Shown here piece after piece: positions 59,530 to 64,000 of a DNA stretch of 64,000 nt (positions are counted from its first letter, which is position 1; each line of letters opens with the position of its first letter). Position numbers and translations under genes: made by a program. Location: IMG/VR virus record IMGVR_UViG_3300045988_159115; one strand, 5' to 3'. Below the pieces are notes generated by a model, which ran no database searches, was not told the origin of the DNA, and worked only from the letters and a program-made list of their open reading frames with translations. The DNA is from a virus.

Positions 59530-60819
59530 ATGGATTATGGTTTTCTTTCCGATTGTGGCATTGCTCTACTGTGTGATATCGTAGACTGCCTTCCCAGCAT
59601 GCCTGGTGATCTTCGCCAGTGGGTAAATTACCATATCACAGATCCGTATTTTGATATGGCCATTTTTAAGACCAATAAGCGGCGTTTAAGTAGGTACTGC
59701 ACCGTACTTGCTCCCCTTCAGAGAGTGGATGACGTTACTATTCTTTCTGACCCTCAAGCACACGCTTCTAATTATCAAGGCCGATATAGCCTCTACCGCT
59801 ATATGATTGATGATCTGAAAGCTAATGGTGGATTTGCAAAATTCCCTGATGCATATGGCTGGGCAAAAGACGTTATCAATTCTCCGTCGAGTAATTATGA
59901 GTCTCTGTATCAGCTGGAGGAAAAAATCGACTATATGCTCGCAAATCTGGATGGAGCTAAGGAACTTCAGCATCGACTTGCCGCGTTCTTCACCAAGGAT
60001 GTTATGCCTTGGAAGGCTCGTGCATGCGATATCTATACATCTATTTCGTGGCGAGCAAACAATGGTCCAGAAGCATGTGTTGACAGTAACTACATGCTCA
60101 GTGATATCGTCTATGGTCTGAGCAATATTCCTCGTATCAAATATCTGAGCGTGGCTGATGTGAATGACATCGCTATTCAGATCGCTGCATATTTCCATAC
60201 CATCAATCCCGATAAGCCGCCTAAGATCAATCGGTTCCTCTGTGCTCTTGAAATTCCTGTGCAGACTACGGAACTTGTGGATGCTGTGTGGCATTGTGTC
60301 GAAAATAAAGATACGATCGGTTGCTTAAGCAATCTGGTTTATCCTGAAAAGTATGGGTATTCCAGCAGTGATGAAAAGCTTAAGAGCACAGAAGTAAATA
60401 CGATCAACGGATATTCTATCATTCAGAACTATCATAGCAATCGTATTGCGAATAAAGAGGACCTGTTCAATATCACAAATGATCTGCGTTTCATGAATAA
60501 TGCAGAAATCGCTGCATATCAGAAAGATGATATCTGTGGTCCTGATATTGAGCTTCATCTCGATGCTGTTGATATTGGAACTCTTCGAGATACCAATCTC
60601 TCCGTATTCGTCGCAGTTGATATGAATAACAACATGGATACTCGATACGTTGCTCTTACTATGGAGGACGGCGAAGCATTCCTGCTTTATACATTCAAGT
60701 TTGAAAAAGCTCATAAGGTTTATGGTATCTCTCTCAAGAAGTATCCTGACAATTCTCGAAAAATCATTACTGTCAATGGACGTAACGTGGATTCCTTCTT
60801 ATATAAATCAGGTTTTTGA
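59530..60819 (+). CDS. hypothetical protein
   Basis: AAGGAGGA SD. Confidence 0.7.
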   Translation: MDYGFLSDCGIALLCDIVDCLPSMPGDLRQWVNYHITDPYFDMAIFKTNKRRLSRYCTVLAPLQRVDDVTILSDPQAHASNYQGRYSLYRYMIDDLKANGGFAKFPDAYGWAKDVINSPSSNYESLYQLEEKIDYMLANLDGAKELQHRLAAFFTKDVMPWKARACDIYTSISWRANNGPEACVDSNYMLSDIVYGLSNIPRIKYLSVADVNDIAIQIAAYFHTINPDKPPKINRFLCALEIPVQTTELVDAVWHCVENKDTIGCLSNLVYPEKYGYSSSDEKLKSTEVNTINGYSIIQNYHSNRIANKEDLFNITNDLRFMNNAEIAAYQKDDICGPDIELHLDAVDIGTLRDTNLSVFVAVDMNNNMDTRYVALTMEDGEAFLLYTFKFEKAHKVYGISLKKYPDNSRKIITVNGRNVDSFLYKSGF

Positions 60820-60820
60820 T

Positions 60821-60833
60821 TTATATATTATAT
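60821..60833 (+). promoter_or_regulatory. AT-rich promoter-like motif, variant TTATATATTATAT
   Basis: 150 nt upstream of ATG 60983. Confidence 0.35.
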
Positions 60834-60982
60834 AATTAGGATGAGATGATTGTATTATTTAATTCCCCATGTCTACACATACAAACATCTAATCCAAAAG
60901 ATTATGAGTGGGTTTAAATGTCCGGCTGTCTAAACGGACATCCACTTGTAAAAATTATATATTTATAAAGGAGCAAAAAACA

Positions 60983-61804
60983 ATGGAAAACATGAAAGTG
61001 AATTTGGGCGTGACCCGCATTGATAACGAGGTCAAATATGTGTCCAATACCGCTAAAGCCCAGCAGTTCCTGACCCAGCGCCTGCGTAAGGCGATCGCTG
61101 GTTGGAACCGTTCGAATCCCAATGGACCTCAGTTCAATCCGAACGCTGAGCTGGCGCTGATTTCCCGCCCCTGGTGCGGAAACCCTGGTAAAGCAACTAA
61201 GCTGTTTGTTCCTATCTGGCTGATGCTGCCCACTGAGGCAGTTGAGGGCAATGAGAACTTCGGTCGCCGTAAGAAGAACAACAGTAATGGTTCCGTTTAT
61301 CTGCCGACGTTCGTGAATGTGTACGGCAGCGACGGCGATGGCGATAACGGCAACTCCAGCATTAAGCTGAAGGGACCCTACAGTGCACTCGTCGATCAGT
61401 ACAGCTTCGGCGATCCTGAAGAGGCTATCAAGAGTCTGCGTAAGCCCAAGAATATGATGGACATGCAGCTGACTCAGAAGCATCTCTCTGAGATCCGTCG
61501 TGGTATGACTCCTCATTTACATCGGTTTGGCAAGCATTGCACCCGTGTGGAGGTTCTGATCAATCCGACGAAGCTCTTTGAGGATATGATCGAGTCCACC
61601 ATCAAGGAGAACAACCTGCCGAACGATCGTCCCTATGACGTTCTCACTCATGCAAGCCAGAAGGTCAGCAACGGCGTCTGGAACTACGAGATTTGCTGCC
61701 GCTATATCGACATGGCCGATGACAATGGCGGCAAGAAGAAGCACAAGAAAGACCGTCGCAGCATCGACGAGAACGAACTGATTCGTCGTGAGATGACGCG
61801 GTAA
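60983..61804 (+). CDS. hypothetical protein (GC-richer, basic C-tail)
   Basis: ATG follows an AAAGGAG SD. Confidence 0.7.
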   Translation: MENMKVNLGVTRIDNEVKYVSNTAKAQQFLTQRLRKAIAGWNRSNPNGPQFNPNAELALISRPWCGNPGKATKLFVPIWLMLPTEAVEGNENFGRRKKNNSNGSVYLPTFVNVYGSDGDGDNGNSSIKLKGPYSALVDQYSFGDPEEAIKSLRKPKNMMDMQLTQKHLSEIRRGMTPHLHRFGKHCTRVEVLINPTKLFEDMIESTIKENNLPNDRPYDVLTHASQKVSNGVWNYEICCRYIDMADDNGGKKKHKKDRRSIDENELIRREMTR

Positions 61805-61855
61805 GTAACTAACACAAATGGCACTACTTATCGGGTGTAGACAGTAAGTAGGTTA

Positions 61856-61906
61856 AAGGAAGGACCTTATGCTCGGTGATGAGTGTAAGGTCCTTCCTTA
61901 TTTTTT
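61856..61906 (+). terminator. rho-independent terminator
   Basis: AAGGAAGGACCTTA / TAAGGTCCTTCCTT followed by ATTTTTT. Confidence 0.85.
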
Positions 61907-61925
61907 GTATGAAGAGGTGATTTGA

Positions 61926-63038
61926 ATGGGAGAAGTAAAACCGTTCTCCGACGATAATCCTTTATATGATAATCCCTTTGAAGTTGCATTCTCTGGAATG
62001 AAGATTCGCTATGTGACATACGCTTCTATGATCCGAAGTGCAAAGTTCTTACAACCAAAAGACAAAGTATCCGTATTCATCAATGTTGAGACTCTGCTGA
62101 ATAGTCTTTCCAGTATTAAAGATATTGGTAATCTCGTTTTGAAAGAGCAATTCTTTCCAGTCATTATGGAATCTGGAATCATCAATCTCTCTGCTCATTA
62201 TAAACGATTCTTTCGTAAGTTCAATCTGGATGTGAAGGTGTTCTTGTATTACACAGACCTTTCCAGAGAGTCTTACAAGAATAATCAATATGAGCATTAC
62301 TACAGAAGCTACTATCAGAATAAATTCATGGAGAATCCAAACTACTATCTCATCGGAGAACGAATGGTAAAAGATATCGTTCCAATGGTAAGTAAGATTC
62401 TTGAATTCATCCCTGATGTGTACTTCATTAAAACAGAGAGTATGGATTCGTCGCTCGTTCCATACGTGATCAGCAAGATGTACCAAGATAGAAAAAATTT
62501 CATCATCACTGGAGATAACTACGATACCCAATATATGAACTATCCGAATTTCTTCGTTTCCATTATCCGAAGAACTGGTACTGGAAATCTTGCTATCTGT
62601 AGCCTTGATAAAATCATCCCATTGATTTTCCGTGATAATATGGCAGTCGTGAATAACGTGGATATTTTCTACAATAAGATGTTTTATTCCATGTGCTTGG
62701 CTGTTACTGGAGATCATAGACGTAGTATTAAATCCATTCGAGGAGTTGGACCAAAGACTCTATCTAATAAAATAAAGAAGGCAATTGACAATGGAGACCT
62801 TACTCGAGATTGCACCTCTATTGATGTATGCTGTACTGTACTTGATCGAGACAATGACCTCTTAGCACAAAATTGCAGATGCATCAATTTGGATAGTCAA
62901 TATGCTGACCTTACAGATTCTGATTTCTTTGCAATCAAGAATCAGATTGTAGATCGGTATGACCAAAACTCTCTTGAAGAGTTAAATACTACACGGTATC
63001 AGTATTTCCCACTGATGCTAAATGAACTCACACATTGA
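61926..63038 (+). CDS. FEN-type 5'-3' exonuclease / flap endonuclease (T4 RNase H-like)
   Basis: FIITGDNYDTQYM aligns to the SgDkDllQL motif. GDHRRSIKSIRGVGPKTLSNKIKKAI is an H3TH motif. Confidence 0.7.
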   Translation: MGEVKPFSDDNPLYDNPFEVAFSGMKIRYVTYASMIRSAKFLQPKDKVSVFINVETLLNSLSSIKDIGNLVLKEQFFPVIMESGIINLSAHYKRFFRKFNLDVKVFLYYTDLSRESYKNNQYEHYYRSYYQNKFMENPNYYLIGERMVKDIVPMVSKILEFIPDVYFIKTESMDSSLVPYVISKMYQDRKNFIITGDNYDTQYMNYPNFFVSIIRRTGTGNLAICSLDKIIPLIFRDNMAVVNNVDIFYNKMFYSMCLAVTGDHRRSIKSIRGVGPKTLSNKIKKAIDNGDLTRDCTSIDVCCTVLDRDNDLLAQNCRCINLDSQYADLTDSDFFAIKNQIVDRYDQNSLEELNTTRYQYFPLMLNELTH

Positions 63039-63073
63039 AATCATCAAACTAGAAAGGAGATGATTTTTTTCTT

Positions 63074-64000
63074 ATGGGTAGTCTATCTACAGTTACAATT
63101 GACCTGAAGAAAGATCGGTTCCTTGAATATAAGTATCGGATTACAGAATTTCATATCGTGACAGATGGGAAAGATGACAAATTTCCAGTAGAAAGAATTC
63201 AATCTGTGAAGATTGAGAATTACTACGAAAATGCATCATTCCCTATCTTCCGTGTTTCTCTCCTGATGGAAGCATCCAGATACTATAATCTCATCAAGAA
63301 TAAAGATAAAGTTGAAATCATCGTCCGTATGCAGCACTTTATCCGGAAATATGATCATGAACGAAAAATGGAAGAAATGAGTGATCTCCGTGATACGTTC
63401 ACAGAAACTTTCGTCTTATTCAGCGATGACGATAATGCTGATTATCAGACGGATTTGAAACTGGAAGCAAATAAGAAGGATGACAAGAATAAACTGGAAG
63501 AACTCAAGAATATGGTAGAGCTATTCCTGTTTAAGAAAGATTGGGTCACTGGGCTTCGTTCACAAGCAAACGTGATTGTGAATAATGCTGATATGACTAC
63601 AACGATTGCCTATCTTCTCAATAAAGCGAAAGTTACAAATGTCTTGATGTCTCCTCTCCAGAATACGAAGAGCTATGAAGAAATGGTTCTTCCTCCGCAG
63701 TCAATTGACAAACAGCTCCGATACCTCAATAACAACGTCGGATTCCATCAATACGGAACGATGATTTATTTTGGTATTAGCGATGGCTATATTCTCGACT
63801 GTAAAGGTGGATGCACCGCATATAGAGATAAAGAATGGAAGGAATCTGTTTTTTATATCACAGACACTTCAAACCATATCTCTATGATGTCCAATATGCT
63901 TGAGAAGTATAAGGAAGAGAGATACTACTACAACATCGCAAATACATCCATCAATATCGTTGCTGGTGGTGTCTCAGATAACGTCGTTTCTGGTACGGAT
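63074..64000 (+). CDS. hypothetical protein, N-terminal 309 codons (3' end outside window; probably structural)
   Basis: The frame is open from ATG 63074 to the window end (translated by hand). It is not in the ORF track because no stop is present. Confidence 0.6.
   Translation, partial: MGSLSTVTIDLKKDRFLEYKYRITEFHIVTDGKDDKFPVERIQSVKIENYYENASFPIFRVSLLMEASRYYNLIKNKDKVEIIVRMQHFIRKYDHERKMEEMSDLRDTFTETFVLFSDDDNADYQTDLKLEANKKDDKNKLEELKNMVELFLFKKDWVTGLRSQANVIVNNADMTTTIAYLLNKAKVTNVLMSPLQNTKSYEEMVLPPQSIDKQLRYLNNNVGFHQYGTMIYFGISDGYILDCKGGCTAYRDKEWKESVFYITDTSNHISMMSNMLEKYKEERYYYNIANTSINIVAGGVSDNVVSGTD

Noticed and set aside
1-64000. CRISPR arrays, integrase or attachment sites, rRNA, transposases, a DGR reverse transcriptase and crAss-type single-chain giant RNAP.
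   Set aside because: I saw no direct-repeat/spacer arrays and no recombinase, RT or transposase motifs in any ORF. The RNAP genes are clearly beta/beta'-type fragments.

Overview
This 64-kb window is a densely coding stretch of a large dsDNA bacteriophage genome. It holds about 85 ORFs in alternating co-directional blocks, with strong GGAGG-type Shine-Dalgarno sites and hairpin+T-run terminators at block ends. There are no cellular housekeeping genes. All calls were made by eye from the sequence and the ORF track; no searches were run.

Main content:
- Transcription: pieces of two different multisubunit RNA polymerases are present. There are two beta'-N-terminal genes, each with a D-x-D-G-D catalytic loop, plus one beta C-terminal half and one 1452-aa beta-like gene. 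This is the phiKZ/AR9-type jumbo-phage layout.
- Nucleotide metabolism: anaerobic ribonucleotide reductase nrdD-nrdG. nrdD is interrupted by a 374-aa LAGLIDADG intein and by a 311-nt ORF-less group I intron that splits the glycyl-radical motif.
- Replication and nucleases: a DnaB-like helicase, an SF2 helicase, RNase HI, a FEN-type exonuclease and an orphan MazF/PemK-like gene.
- Structure and lysis: tail-fibre and baseplate (gp25-like) genes and a SleB-type cell-wall hydrolase.
- RNA genes: one tRNA-Leu(UAA) and one aberrant 101-nt tRNA-like gene.
- Accessory content: long arrays of small unknown genes, including several paralogous families.

The anaerobic RNR, the strong SD sites and the SleB and LPD28-like domains suggest an anaerobic Firmicutes-type host; this is an inference.

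The most unusual locus is at 353-3501. A fibre-module protein carries a 44-cysteine (C-x3)n array and sits 0.9 kb upstream of a radical-SAM/SPASM maturase-type enzyme. I propose this as a candidate virion-protein crosslinking (ranthipeptide-like) or metal-binding system.

Other signals are a recurrent 13-19-nt AT-rich quasi-palindromic promoter-like motif (TATAATGATATATTATAC), a promoter-in-hairpin arrangement, conserved SD-AUG-UAG start-stop elements, a recurrent TTTnTATGATCC 12-mer, and GC-rich gene islands in an AT-rich background.
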